This document shows positions 1 through 9,885 of a stretch of 64,000 nt of DNA, in pieces. The first letter of the stretch is position 1, and every line of letters starts with the position of its first letter. The notes below the pieces were generated by a model. The model was not told where the DNA came from. It was given only the letters and a program-made list of their open reading frames with translations, and made no database searches. A program made the position numbers and the translations under genes. Source of the stretch: an uncultured bacterium (GTDB taxonomy: Bacteria > Bacteroidota > Rhodothermia > Balneolales > DATFMH01); NCBI GenBank assembly GCA_963787205.1, contig CAWBCD010000009.1:67524-131523 (forward strand). The letters are read 5' to 3'.

Positions 1-1589
1 GGAATGCACTGATTGTGCATCAAAAGCTGAAATATCCGGAAGGTGTAGCTACGGCCGAAGTGCTGAAGTCGGGTGAACAGAGCAGTTCGGATGTTAAATA
101 CCTTGTTTGGGCTGCCATCATCGGTGGAGTGATGAAATTTTGTGAACAAGGGATGAATCTTTGGAATGGCGTTTTCGAGAAAGCCAAAATACTTGGAACA
201 CGCGGTTATCTTTATTTTGGGGTTGACGTGTCGCCGGCTCTGATTGCCGTAGGATATATCGTTGGTTTAAATATTGCAGTACTGGTATTTGCCGGTGGTG
301 TCTTCAGCTGGTGGATCGCCATCCCGGTTTACATCGCCTCACACGGGGTCACGGCAAACGGCCAAAGTGCCGTTGATGTGGGGTATCAGATTTGGTCGGA
401 TCAGATACGTTATATTGGTGTCGGTGCTATGGTAATAGGCGGTGTCTGGGCACTGCTGGATCTTCGTTCATCGGTCGCAACTGCATTTACTGAGGGCTTC
501 AAAGCTTTCAAGGAGCGTGGTTCCGCTACTGTTAAGAAGATACGCACCGAGTACGATACACCGATGTCGTGGGTATTGATGGGTCTCGCCGTTCTGGTAG
601 TGCCCATATTCATAATTTACCTATCTGAAATCAGGACCGTAGGAATCTCCCTGATAATGGCGGTACTCATGATATTGGCGGGATTCCTGTTTTCGGCTGT
701 CGCAGGATACATGTCGGGTCTGGTCGGAAGTTCGAACAACCCGATTTCAGGGATCACGATAGCAACAATCCTGTCTTCCGCATTGATCTTACTGGTCCTG
801 ATGGGCAACGACGTAACACGTGGGCCGGCGTCCGCCATTTTGATTGGTGCCGTAGTTTGTTGTGCCGCATCCATAGCTGCTGACAACCTTCACGACCTGA
901 AGGCCGGGTATGTGCTTGGCGCAACGCCGATGAACCAGCAGATCATGTTGATTGTAGGTGTTGTGGCGTCTGCTTTTGTGATGGCACCGATTCTGACGCT
1001 GTTGCACACCGCATATGGATTTGGTCCCAAAACCGCAGCACACCCCGACGCATTGACGGCACCCCAGGCAACCCTGATGGCCAGCGTGGCACAGGGCGTT
1101 TTCGGCGGTAACCTTCCATGGGGCATGATCTGGATTGGTATTATTGTAGGTGCAGTAGTTATAATCGCCGATCAGATGTTGAAAAAAAGGGGCTCTTCAT
1201 TCCGTATGCCCGTCCTGGCAGTGGCTGTCGGTATCTACCTCCCGTTTGAACTCGACTGCGCGACGATGGTGGGCGGTGTGATCGCATGGATGGTTACCAG
1301 GTATCAGAATCGCAGGAAAAAACAGGATGATTTCGATGGCTCCAAGGAACGAAGCGATCGTGCCGGTCTTCTTTATGCTTCAGGGTTGATAACGGGCGAG
1401 GCACTGATGGGCATCATTCTGGCCATCCCCATTGCCTATTACGGCGGACTCAACGTGTTCAGTATCAAACGGTTGTTTGGAGTTCATGCCGATCCTTTTG
1501 AAGCATGGCCCGGACTCATCCTGCTGGCCATTGTGGGTTACTTCATGTACCGTATTGCAGCCAACGTGTTCAGCAGAAAAGAAGAATAA
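1..1589 (+). CDS. OPT-family oligopeptide transporter (5' end cut by window edge)
   Basis: The frame is open from nt 3 with no stop upstream of the GTG at 15. It is a polytopic membrane protein with OPT-like 'KYPEGVATAEVL' and 'SSNNPISGITIAT' stretches. The stop is at 1587-1589. Confidence 0.75.
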   Translation, partial: NALIVHQKLKYPEGVATAEVLKSGEQSSSDVKYLVWAAIIGGVMKFCEQGMNLWNGVFEKAKILGTRGYLYFGVDVSPALIAVGYIVGLNIAVLVFAGGVFSWWIAIPVYIASHGVTANGQSAVDVGYQIWSDQIRYIGVGAMVIGGVWALLDLRSSVATAFTEGFKAFKERGSATVKKIRTEYDTPMSWVLMGLAVLVVPIFIIYLSEIRTVGISLIMAVLMILAGFLFSAVAGYMSGLVGSSNNPISGITIATILSSALILLVLMGNDVTRGPASAILIGAVVCCAASIAADNLHDLKAGYVLGATPMNQQIMLIVGVVASAFVMAPILTLLHTAYGFGPKTAAHPDALTAPQATLMASVAQGVFGGNLPWGMIWIGIIVGAVVIIADQMLKKRGSSFRMPVLAVAVGIYLPFELDCATMVGGVIAWMVTRYQNRRKKQDDFDGSKERSDRAGLLYASGLITGEALMGIILAIPIAYYGGLNVFSIKRLFGVHADPFEAWPGLILLAIVGYFMYRIAANVFSRKEE

Positions 1590-1636
1590 ACCGGGAATTC
1601 CGACTTCTGTCTTCTATCTCCGGTATTCTAACTCCC

Positions 1637-2266
1637 TTATTTCCTATGCCGGCGTTCGAGTTCCCTGACGAGGTCGTCCAGACGTAATCCCTTTTCTGTA
1701 AGCAGAAGTTGCAGGTGGAAGATCAGGTCGGAAGCTTCGTAGATAAAGGCATCCTCCGACTCGGCAAGGGCGGCGATGACGGTTTCCACGCCTTCTTCGC
1801 CAACTTTTTGGGCAATGCGATTCAATCCTTTTTTGAACATCGAACTGGTGTAGGAATTTTCCGGCAGTTCTTCTTTGCGCTGGTATAACAAATCCTGCAA
1901 CTCTTTCAGAAAGCTGTAGTCGGCGGCCTTGACGAATGGCCGGAACTCCTGTTCGTGAAAGCAGGAAGTTTCTCCGGTATGGCAAGTTGGACCCTGCGGG
2001 TCGGCCAGTACGAGCAGCGTGTCGTTGTCACAATCTTTTTGCAAAGACACCATGTTCAGGTAGTTGCCAGACGTTTCTCCCTTGGTCCATAAGCGTTTTT
2101 TGGAACGGCTGTAAAAGGTAACTTGTCCTGATTCAACCGTTTGTTTTACGGCGTCTGCGTTCATATAACCCAGCATGAGGACCTGACCGGTGGCATAGTG
2201 CTGAATGATGGCGGGAACCAGGCCGTTACCTTTCTTAAAGTCGATATTCTCAGGATCGAATGACAT
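1637..2266 (-). CDS. hisIE: Bifunctional phosphoribosyl-AMP cyclohydrolase / phosphoribosyl-ATP pyrophosphatase
   Basis: The N-terminal half has the HisI signature (GLVPAIIQ..., WTKGETSGN, DCDNDTLL, CHTGETSCF). The C-terminal half is a HisE-type helical half. Length is 209 aa. Confidence 0.95.
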   Translation of the reverse strand: MSFDPENIDFKKGNGLVPAIIQHYATGQVLMLGYMNADAVKQTVESGQVTFYSRSKKRLWTKGETSGNYLNMVSLQKDCDNDTLLVLADPQGPTCHTGETSCFHEQEFRPFVKAADYSFLKELQDLLYQRKEELPENSYTSSMFKKGLNRIAQKVGEEGVETVIAALAESEDAFIYEASDLIFHLQLLLTEKGLRLDDLVRELERRHRK

Positions 2267-2723
2267 TACTTTAACTTCTGAAAAATGTTAATGGATATTG
2301 TAACAACGAATAAGGAAGTCAAAAGTATCCAATCCTGAAGGCAGATGCTACTTGTTTGTCAGTTGATGCTTTCCTGTCGTCACCATGTTCTGTCTTTCAT
2401 CTGTACTTTTCCTGCCTGAAATAAGTCAAATGATCCTTGCCTGCAATATTAAGGTGCAACTCCAGGATATCCGCCTTCGGGTCTGCCGCGATAAAAACAA
2501 GGCCCCGGACTGATTCATTTGGCATTAGATCGGTGCGGCGTAACGCCTCTGTGCTCTATTGAAAATGAGGCGCATCAAGTGATTTTATTTCCCCGGAGTG
2601 TTCTATTGTTCGTCTCGAAATGACAGTGAGAGGTTGGTGAATACGATTTCATTATATCTAACTCACGTTAAGATAGATACAGATTTTGACCGGCTTACGT
2701 TATCGTATCCTGATGTTAGTGAT

Positions 2724-3494
2724 TCAGTTAGTTAAAGCACTGAGCCGCACGGGCAGTCCGGCATCTCTCATTTCGGCTTTTAAAAAGCCAATCTCAATCT
2801 CTTTGTAATGGAAGATACTGGCCGCAAGCACGGCGTCGGCATGTCCTTTCTCAATGGCCTCGATACAGTGGCCTATGGTACCGGCGCCGCCGCTGGCTAT
2901 CACAGGGATCGTTACCAGTTCGTTGATACGCTGCAATAGTTCGATGTCGAAACCCGCCTTAGTTCCGTCACGGTCCATGCTGGTCAACAGAATCTCGCCG
3001 GCACCCCTGTCTTCGACTTCAGCAGCCCACTTCAAAGCATCCAGACCGGTGTCTTCACTGCCGCCTTTCACATATACGTTCCAGCTTCCATTGTGGCGGC
3101 GGGCATCAATGGCCGCAACAATGCACTGCGACCCGTAGTGGTCGGATGCACGTGTAATAAAATCCGGTTCCCGAACGATACTGCTGTTCAGCGAAATCTT
3201 ATCCGCGCCGGCATTGAGCAAGGCATCGATTTCCTCTTCGGTTCGAATCCCTCCTCCCACAGTAAACGGAATATTTATTTCCCGGGCGATTCGTGCAACA
3301 AGCGGTACGAGGGTCTTGCGTTTTTCCTTTGTGGCGGTAATGTCGAGGAATACCAGTTCGTCGGCCCCTTCATCGGAGTAACGTCGAGCCAGTTCCACCG
3401 GATCGCCGGCATCCCGTAGTCCTTCAAAGTTAACGCCTTTAACAGTGCGGCCGTCTTTGATATCGAGGCATGGTATGATTCGTTTTGTCAGCAT
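2724..3494 (-). CDS. hisF: Imidazole glycerol phosphate synthase, cyclase subunit
   Basis: '[23 protein letters not shown]...' and the TIM-barrel HisF motifs run throughout. I prefer the start at the internal Met (3494) because it matches the canonical HisF N-terminus. Confidence 0.95.
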   Translation of the reverse strand: MLTKRIIPCLDIKDGRTVKGVNFEGLRDAGDPVELARRYSDEGADELVFLDITATKEKRKTLVPLVARIAREINIPFTVGGGIRTEEEIDALLNAGADKISLNSSIVREPDFITRASDHYGSQCIVAAIDARRHNGSWNVYVKGGSEDTGLDALKWAAEVEDRGAGEILLTSMDRDGTKAGFDIELLQRINELVTIPVIASGGAGTIGHCIEAIEKGHADAVLAASIFHYKEIEIGFLKAEMRDAGLPVRLSALTN

Positions 3495-3592
3495 AGGGTA
3501 AAGATACCCTAGCAAACCGGTCAGGAGCAAGTGATACCGGAAAAATCACTGTTCCAACTAACCATGTTCCATCAATGTGATAGTTGCTAATC

Positions 3593-4132
3593 TCAGTTCG
3601 TGCGAATCAGAATCACCCCATTCGCTGCCCGGACGCCATAGATAGAGGCTGAGGCTGCATCCTTTAGCACTTCGATAGATTTGACATTTGAAGGATCGAT
3701 ATACTGTATATCATCCGCACTCGATAAAGGGGTACCGTTCAGCACGATAAGTGGTTCAGAACTCCCGGAGAAACTGTTGGTCATGCCCCTGATCCGGATT
3801 GTGTATCCTGCACCACTCTTCAAAACCATCAGGCCGGACACTCTTCCCTGCAGATATTGATAAATATCACTGTAACCGCTTTTTTGGGGACCATTAGTGT
3901 TTACTGATGAAACGGAACCTGTAATGTTGCTGGACTTCTGGTATCCATAACCTACATCTCTGAGAGTGCCGAGCTTTATGGAATCTTGTTTCTGTTTAAT
4001 TAGCTGCTGTTGGATAGCCTGTATTTTTGCTACTGAAGCAGCATTTTCGTTATTGGTTTTTTGCTTGTCCTGGGCATACAGGGAACCGACGCAAAAAAGA
4101 AACATAAATAACGTAACGAACGCATAACGCAT
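3593..4132 (-). CDS. Secreted stand-alone TonB-dependent-receptor Plug-domain protein (no beta-barrel), paralog A
   Basis: A signal peptide 'MRYAFVTLFMFLFCVGSLYAQ' is followed by a SusC-type plug: 'VGYGYQK..ITGSVSSV...YLQGRVSGL...IRIRG..S....EPLIVLNGTPL....IDPSNVKSIEVLKDAASASIYGVRAANGVILIRTN' and then a stop. Confidence 0.7.
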   Translation of the reverse strand: MRYAFVTLFMFLFCVGSLYAQDKQKTNNENAASVAKIQAIQQQLIKQKQDSIKLGTLRDVGYGYQKSSNITGSVSSVNTNGPQKSGYSDIYQYLQGRVSGLMVLKSGAGYTIRIRGMTNSFSGSSEPLIVLNGTPLSSADDIQYIDPSNVKSIEVLKDAASASIYGVRAANGVILIRTN

Positions 4133-4258
4133 TGGAGTTACCTCTCGCATTAAAATTCCCATGTCTGAAAAACATGGTTCTTATTAATAAATAAGCACAG
4201 GCAGGATGGTATCTTAATCTTGAACAGATACACAGTCTTACCAATCACAACATGATCA

Positions 4259-4822
4259 CTATTTTTTGGTAGTGATCAATATTACGCCATTAGCCCCACG
4301 TGTACCGTAGATGGCGGCTGTTCCATCTTTTATAACATCAACGGAAGCAATATCCTGAGGATCTATCATGGTCAAAGCACTTTCCGCTGATACCGGCATG
4401 CCATCGATTACAAACAGCGGTCCACCCTGAAAATTAATGCTGTTGACTCCTCTGATCTGTATCCTATAACCATTGGGATTGCTGGGATCGTTCGATACTA
4501 ACACCCCGGGAACCCGTCCTATCAGGTATTCTGCCAGATTCGTATAAGGAGCAGATTGTAATGAAGAGATATTAACAGAGGAAATAGAGCCTGTAACCTG
4601 ATCACGTCTTTGAAAACCATAACCAACGTTCTGCATTATCGATTCATGGATTTGAAGAGAATCCAGTATGTTCGTGATAGTGGGAGTCTTAACAGTTTGG
4701 TATTCTACCTCGACTGCAGCTGTTTTAGAATCGGAGGTAGCTTTTTGATCTTTTTTTTCTTGTGCAAAAAGCTGCCCGGAAAATACAACACAAGTGAATA
4801 AACTGAGAATCACGAGTCTCAT
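4259..4822 (-). CDS. Secreted stand-alone TonB-dependent-receptor Plug-domain protein (no beta-barrel), paralog B
   Basis: It has a signal peptide and the same plug architecture ('VGYGFQRRDQVTGSISSV...IQIRGVNS...PLFVIDGMPV...IASVDVIKDGTAAIYGTRGANGVILITTKK' then stop). By eye it is roughly 40-45 percent identical to paralog A. Confidence 0.7.
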   Translation of the reverse strand: MRLVILSLFTCVVFSGQLFAQEKKDQKATSDSKTAAVEVEYQTVKTPTITNILDSLQIHESIMQNVGYGFQRRDQVTGSISSVNISSLQSAPYTNLAEYLIGRVPGVLVSNDPSNPNGYRIQIRGVNSINFQGGPLFVIDGMPVSAESALTMIDPQDIASVDVIKDGTAAIYGTRGANGVILITTKK

Positions 4823-5439
4823 GAGATTTCTCCGGGAGAAAAGTTGAAGATAGTTCAGTGATATTGTTCAATATAAAAAAACACGTAATAATTAAAATTA
4901 ATTTCTTTCATGTTAAAACATTATCAGTCTGATTTTAAATCGATTAACATTTTATTACGAAGATATTCTATCCCCTTTGACCTGATTTACAGGCCTCTTG
5001 TTGTAGCTTGTGAAAATTTAGATGCCAATCAGAGTCTTGTACTGCGGACGTCATAAACGGCTAATGTACCATATATGGCCAGGTACGCGTCCCATTAAAT
5101 ATTCAGCCAGGGTACATTGCACAGAGAATCAGGCAAATGCATGCAGCTCCCATGATTACTCTCCAGGAAACGTGATTGCATAAATAGTTGTTAGTGATCA
5201 AATTAGTATACGATGTTATCCTAACATTTTAAATTTTTTGAATATATGCCTTAAATTGTGTAGAAGGGATTGACCGATAATGGGTAATCTTTTCCCATCC
5301 TTTTAAGGGTACATGAGTTCAAATTATGGAGGCACTTGTTTACTCAATAAATTGTTTAAAATGGTATAGATTTGATTAATTCTTTTTATCAACATATTAG
5401 GGTCCTTATCGAGTATCGAATCATCTTATCTGAAATATT

Positions 5440-6978
5440 ATGATGTTGCCGAACCTCATTTTGAGGCAATTATATACAAACGAGAGTCTGACGCGCGAGG
5501 AGAACGGGTTTGCCTTTGAGCTGCGCAACAGGCTTAGCGATGCTGTTATAACCGAAGTGGTCAGCATGCAGATCGACAATAATGAAATTCCTCAACAGCA
5601 GCTCTGGGTTGAAAATGGAAAGGGAAGAATCCCAATTTCTGCTGTCTCAGAAAATGACCCGCTGATACTGCCCTATAATAACCGGATCAGGATAATATGC
5701 AGGGACGTCGCCCTTGGTGATGGACTTCACCCGTTGAAAATATCCTTTAAAACTAAGTCGTACGGACAAATCAACATTTCAGTGGAGGATCAGGTTAAGG
5801 ATGGGCAGGTGGAAACTGTTAAAATACCTTATGACAGGATCGATGATTACACGCCCGAAGCGATCAAGCGTCGCCAGGAGTTCATAAGCCGGTTTTCCGG
5901 CCGGGAGTTGGAACATATCACCAACTTCTCCTTTGACCCTAAGGTTGTACGAGGAAATATTGAGAATTTTTCCGGCATTGCTCAGATTCCACTTGGTTTC
6001 GTCGGCCCGGTGGTTGTGAATGGTGAATATGCACAGGGTGAATTTATTATACCACTCGCTACCACAGAGGGCACGCTGGTGGCTTCCTATAATCGCGGTA
6101 TTAAAGTCTTGAATCTGTCAGGAGGTGCCAAAACCACTATTCAGGGTGATGATATGCAAAGAGCACCGGTATTTGTCTTTGAGGATGCACGGGCATGCAA
6201 TGGCTTTGTCAGATGGATCAATGAACATGTGCCGGAAATCAGGCGGGAAGCAGAAAAAACATCCCATGTGGTACGGCTCGATTATATGGATCCCTATCTG
6301 AGCAATCGTTTTGTTTTTTTGCGGTTCAATTTTAAGACAGGTGATGCCGCCGGACAAAATATGGTTGGTAAGGCGACATTTTCAGCATGCCAGTGGATCA
6401 TCGAGAACTACAAGGGGATAGAGCATTTTTATCTGGAGTCAAATTTTGCTACTGATAAGAAGGCGTCGCACATCAATATCTTGAGAACCCGTGGAAAACG
6501 TGTAACAGCCGAGGCGATCCTGAAAAAGGAAGTTCTGAGAGATTATCTCCGCGCGGATCCTGAAACACTGGACTATCACCAGAGAATATCGACAATAGGG
6601 ACACTGTTTTCCGGGGCAAATAATAATGGAGCCCATTCTCCCAATGGAATTGCAGCTATGTTCATTGCAACGGGGCAGGATGTGGCCAACATTGCAGAGG
6701 CTACGGCTGCTCTGCTTTACACCGAATTGACTCCCAATCATGATTTGTATGTGTCTATCACTCTGCCTTCTCTCATTGTGGCCACCTACGGAGGCGGAAC
6801 CGGTCTGCCGACCCAGCGCGAATGCCTGGAATTGATGGGATGCTATGGCAAGGATAAAGTTAATAAGTTTGCTGAAATCATTGCTGCCGTCGTTCTGGCG
6901 GGAGAGGTTTCACTTGGAGCCGCTATTACTTCCAACGATTGGGTATCGAGTCACGAGCGGATGGGGCGTAACCGCTAA
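5440..6978 (+). CDS. Class I-type HMG-CoA reductase with an extra ~135-aa N-terminal soluble domain
   Basis: The catalytic region carries 'ENFSGIAQIPLGFVGPVVVNGE...IPLATTEGTLVASYNRG...DAAGQNMV...' . The first ~135 aa have no HMGR counterpart that I recognise. Confidence 0.85.
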   Translation: MMLPNLILRQLYTNESLTREENGFAFELRNRLSDAVITEVVSMQIDNNEIPQQQLWVENGKGRIPISAVSENDPLILPYNNRIRIICRDVALGDGLHPLKISFKTKSYGQINISVEDQVKDGQVETVKIPYDRIDDYTPEAIKRRQEFISRFSGRELEHITNFSFDPKVVRGNIENFSGIAQIPLGFVGPVVVNGEYAQGEFIIPLATTEGTLVASYNRGIKVLNLSGGAKTTIQGDDMQRAPVFVFEDARACNGFVRWINEHVPEIRREAEKTSHVVRLDYMDPYLSNRFVFLRFNFKTGDAAGQNMVGKATFSACQWIIENYKGIEHFYLESNFATDKKASHINILRTRGKRVTAEAILKKEVLRDYLRADPETLDYHQRISTIGTLFSGANNNGAHSPNGIAAMFIATGQDVANIAEATAALLYTELTPNHDLYVSITLPSLIVATYGGGTGLPTQRECLELMGCYGKDKVNKFAEIIAAVVLAGEVSLGAAITSNDWVSSHERMGRNR

Positions 6979-7056
6979 TCACAAAAAAATTATCAGATCC
7001 CGGGAACTTTTCATGACGCGATGCGTTATAATGTAAAAGATATAACACGGGGAAAT

Positions 7057-7467
7057 ATGGCAAAGCGTCTGATAAAGCGATATGAAAATCGAAAGTTATA
7101 CGATAAAGAAGGCGGAAAATATATTTCTCTGGAAGAGATAGCCCAGCTCATCCGCGAGGGAGAACAAATACGCGTAGTGGATAATGCGACGCGTCGAGAT
7201 ATTACATCGCAAACCCTTACTCAAATTATACTTGAAGAAGGGAAACAGGGAAAAAATCCATTATCAAGCGATGTGTTGCATGAGATTATTCGGCGCGGCG
7301 GTTCTTTCTTTGAGGAGAGTGTGAAGCTGGTTAGAACGCGTCTTGACAGTTGGGTATCCGAACCGATCAGCAGGTTGGTCAATGGGCCCCGTGACTTTGA
7401 TGCTTTACAGAAGAGGATTGAAGAGCTTGAAAAACAAGTAAACGGACTTCATAACAAGACAAAGTGA
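7057..7467 (+). CDS. phaR: PhaR-like regulator (PHB/PHA accumulation regulator DNA-binding domain)
   Basis: 'RLIKRYENRKLYDKEGGKYISLEEIAQLIREGEQIRVVDNATRRDITSQTLTQIILEE' matches the PHB_acc_N domain pattern. The start is taken at 'MAKRL'. Confidence 0.8.
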   Translation: MAKRLIKRYENRKLYDKEGGKYISLEEIAQLIREGEQIRVVDNATRRDITSQTLTQIILEEGKQGKNPLSSDVLHEIIRRGGSFFEESVKLVRTRLDSWVSEPISRLVNGPRDFDALQKRIEELEKQVNGLHNKTK

Positions 7468-7497
7468 TTTTTCATACAATAAACTCGGGAGGTAACG

Positions 7498-7944
7498 ATG
7501 GCTGAAAAAAAGAAAAAAGAAGAACAAACTGCGCTGACCAAATTCCAAACGGAAGTTTCCGAACGTTCACGTGATGTTTGGCTGGCTGGCTTGGGTGCCT
7601 TTGCAACGGTAGAAGAAGAAGGTAACAAGTTTTTTGACACGCTGGTGACCAAAGGCAAAGAACGTGAGGAAAAAGGTCGCAAGCAAATTGATAAAGTATA
7701 CGAGAAGGTCCGGAAGAGCAGAGAGGACCTATCCGAACAGGTAAAAGAACTGGCTCATTCCATCGATACACGGTTTGAAGCTGTCCTTGACCGGTTAGGA
7801 ATACCAACACACAAGGAAGTCGAAGAACTGATGAATAAAGTGGATAAGCTGGCAACTCAGGTAAGCAAACTTTCTGAGCATCTTGAAAAGAAAGATAAAT
7901 CAGAAAAGACCAATAAAGAGGCTCATACAGCAAAAATGGCCTGA
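7498..7944 (+). CDS. Phasin-family (PHA-granule-associated, PhaF-type N-domain) protein
   Basis: It carries the 'DVWLAGLGAFATVEEEGNKFFDTLVTKGKERE' core and a C-terminal 'LDRLGIPTHKEVEELMNKVDKL' coiled coil typical of this phasin family. Confidence 0.75.
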   Translation: MAEKKKKEEQTALTKFQTEVSERSRDVWLAGLGAFATVEEEGNKFFDTLVTKGKEREEKGRKQIDKVYEKVRKSREDLSEQVKELAHSIDTRFEAVLDRLGIPTHKEVEELMNKVDKLATQVSKLSEHLEKKDKSEKTNKEAHTAKMA

Positions 7945-7964
7945 ATTGGATAAAATATGACTTA

Positions 7965-8001
7965 AAAAAGCCGCACCAGTCATGGGGCGGCTTTTTTATT
8001 T
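7965..8001 (+). terminator. Rho-independent terminator after the phasin gene
   Basis: AAAAAGCCGC-accagtcatgg-GCGGCTTTTTTATTTT: a GC-rich stem followed by a T-run, about 20 nt after the stop codon. Confidence 0.8.
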
Positions 8002-8128
8002 TTATGACCATATATCGATTTATGTTCATAACCTGTAAGCAAATAAGTAGATTCTGTTCTAACTTATGAATAACTATCATTTCAGGGTCGCACTGAATTA
8101 TCGCGACCGTATCGTTCATCCATAAAGA

Positions 8129-9874
8129 GTGGGCATGGAAAAATCCGCACCCACATATGTTAACAAAGACACCACTGATGCGGAAGTCATCAGTAATGGT
8201 CAACAGAACCTGAACGGGCATAAGCCGAACCGCAAGCAGCCTGAGTTTCATCCACTGGCTCCTTATAAAGGGGTCCCACGTCGTATCCTGTTGCTTTATC
8301 GCCATGTTACGGGGTTGCTTGCCGGAGGATTGATCGCCTTTGTCAAGGCGATGCCCCCGGAAAAGAGGCGCCGTTTGCACACCCCTTTCAAGCGATTGTT
8401 TGCACTACTTATACGACCTTTTGTTAACAAGGAACTTCGCAATCTGCCGTTTCCCGATCAATTACGTCGCCGGCTTGAGATGCTTGGGCCGACCTACATA
8501 AAGCTTGGACAGATTCTCTCCATCAGGGAGGATATCCTGCCGGTAATCATAACGGATGAACTGAAAAATTTGCTAGACAGGTTGCCCGTCGTACCTTTTC
8601 CGGCTATTCGAAATATTGTTGAGGATGAAATGGGGCAGCCGCTGGAGGTATTATTCGAATCCGTGGAGGAAGAACCCCTGGCTTCGGCATCTATTGCACA
8701 GACTCACCGGGCACGAACAAAGGAGGGAGATGAAGTCGTATTAAAAGTCGTCAAACCGGGTATTCGTTCTTCCATACTCTCAGATCTGAAACTTCTGAGA
8801 ATGTTAGGATCATTACTGGAGTGGTTAATTCCACGATATCAACCCAAGGTGATCATTGGCGAGTTTTGCACCTATACCGAAAAAGAGGTCGATCTGACTT
8901 ATGAGGCTGATAATGCCGAATTGTTCGCTGCCAATTTCAAGGATCAGCTAAATGTGGTTTTTCCTAAAATTTATCGTGAGCTGAGTACACGTAATGTGCT
9001 CTGTATGGAGTTCCTCGATGGGTTTAAACCCGGTTCTGAGCAAACCAAAGATTTGGATGAGTTCGAGCGCCAATTGTTGATTGATTACGGTGTGGGAGCA
9101 ATTATCAAAATGCTTTACGAGGATGGATTCTTTCATGCCGATCTGCATCCGGCAAATCTGTTGATCATGAAAGGTTCGAGGGTTGGATTCATTGATTTGG
9201 GTATGGTTGGTCGCTTCAGCGAGAAAACACGCAGATATCTGCTGTTTTACTTCAACACATTGGTAAACGGGGATGTGGAAGGCTCCACAAAGTATTTGCT
9301 ATCAATTGCCAAAATGGGGAAAGGGTGTGATCCTGCAGCATTCAGGCGTGCTGTCGGTGATTTGTTCCGAAGATTTCAGATTTATTCGGCATATGGCCAA
9401 TTCAGCTTGGGTAAACTAATCCTGGAATCTCTCCGTGTTGGTGGACAGTTCAGTATTTTCTTCCCGGTGGAAATGACACTCATGGTCAAAGCTCTTGTGA
9501 CATTTGAAGGAGTCGGTCTGATGCTTGATCCAAACCTCGATATTCCGTCTATATCCCGCAAGCATATAGGCAGGATTTACCGCGATCAGTACGATCCCCG
9601 TCGACTGGCAAGAGAATTGATACGCAGCGGTCCCGAATTGGTAGATTTAATCATGAGACTACCTGATTTGTTGTCGGATGGCAGCCGGTATCTCGAAAAT
9701 GCCATGACCGAACGGCAGCCGTCAGACCCGATGGCTGGACTTCGGAACAGTATTCTGGCAGGATCATGTATCGTTAGTGGGGTGTTTGCTTACTTGCAGC
9801 ATGCTCCCTTCTATACCTGGCTTACCCTCTTTTTGATCAGCCTCCTTTTCATTGTGTTTGGTAAAAAAAGCTGA
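8129..9874 (+). CDS. ABC1/UbiB/AarF-family atypical protein kinase with C-terminal TM helices
   Basis: It has 'LGPTYIKLGQILSIREDILP', 'ASIAQTHRA', 'VLKVVKPG' and 'FFHADLHPANLL' motifs. The exact start (8129 GTG or 8135 ATG) is uncertain. Confidence 0.85.
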   Translation: MGMEKSAPTYVNKDTTDAEVISNGQQNLNGHKPNRKQPEFHPLAPYKGVPRRILLLYRHVTGLLAGGLIAFVKAMPPEKRRRLHTPFKRLFALLIRPFVNKELRNLPFPDQLRRRLEMLGPTYIKLGQILSIREDILPVIITDELKNLLDRLPVVPFPAIRNIVEDEMGQPLEVLFESVEEEPLASASIAQTHRARTKEGDEVVLKVVKPGIRSSILSDLKLLRMLGSLLEWLIPRYQPKVIIGEFCTYTEKEVDLTYEADNAELFAANFKDQLNVVFPKIYRELSTRNVLCMEFLDGFKPGSEQTKDLDEFERQLLIDYGVGAIIKMLYEDGFFHADLHPANLLIMKGSRVGFIDLGMVGRFSEKTRRYLLFYFNTLVNGDVEGSTKYLLSIAKMGKGCDPAAFRRAVGDLFRRFQIYSAYGQFSLGKLILESLRVGGQFSIFFPVEMTLMVKALVTFEGVGLMLDPNLDIPSISRKHIGRIYRDQYDPRRLARELIRSGPELVDLIMRLPDLLSDGSRYLENAMTERQPSDPMAGLRNSILAGSCIVSGVFAYLQHAPFYTWLTLFLISLLFIVFGKKS

Positions 9875-9885
9875 TTGGATTCCAT

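Noticed and set aside
3240-3250. GGTTCGAATCC, a tRNA T-arm-like word
   Set aside because: It lies inside hisF coding sequence. The flanking bases do not form a T-stem, acceptor stem or anticodon arm, so it is not a tRNA.
7472-8380. 302-aa minus-strand ORF, one of the longer ORFs in the track
   Set aside because: It lies antisense across the phasin gene, its terminator and the 5' end of the ABC1 kinase gene. It has a low-complexity, Leu/Pro/Cys-rich composition with no recognisable motif, whereas both sense genes have strong family signatures.
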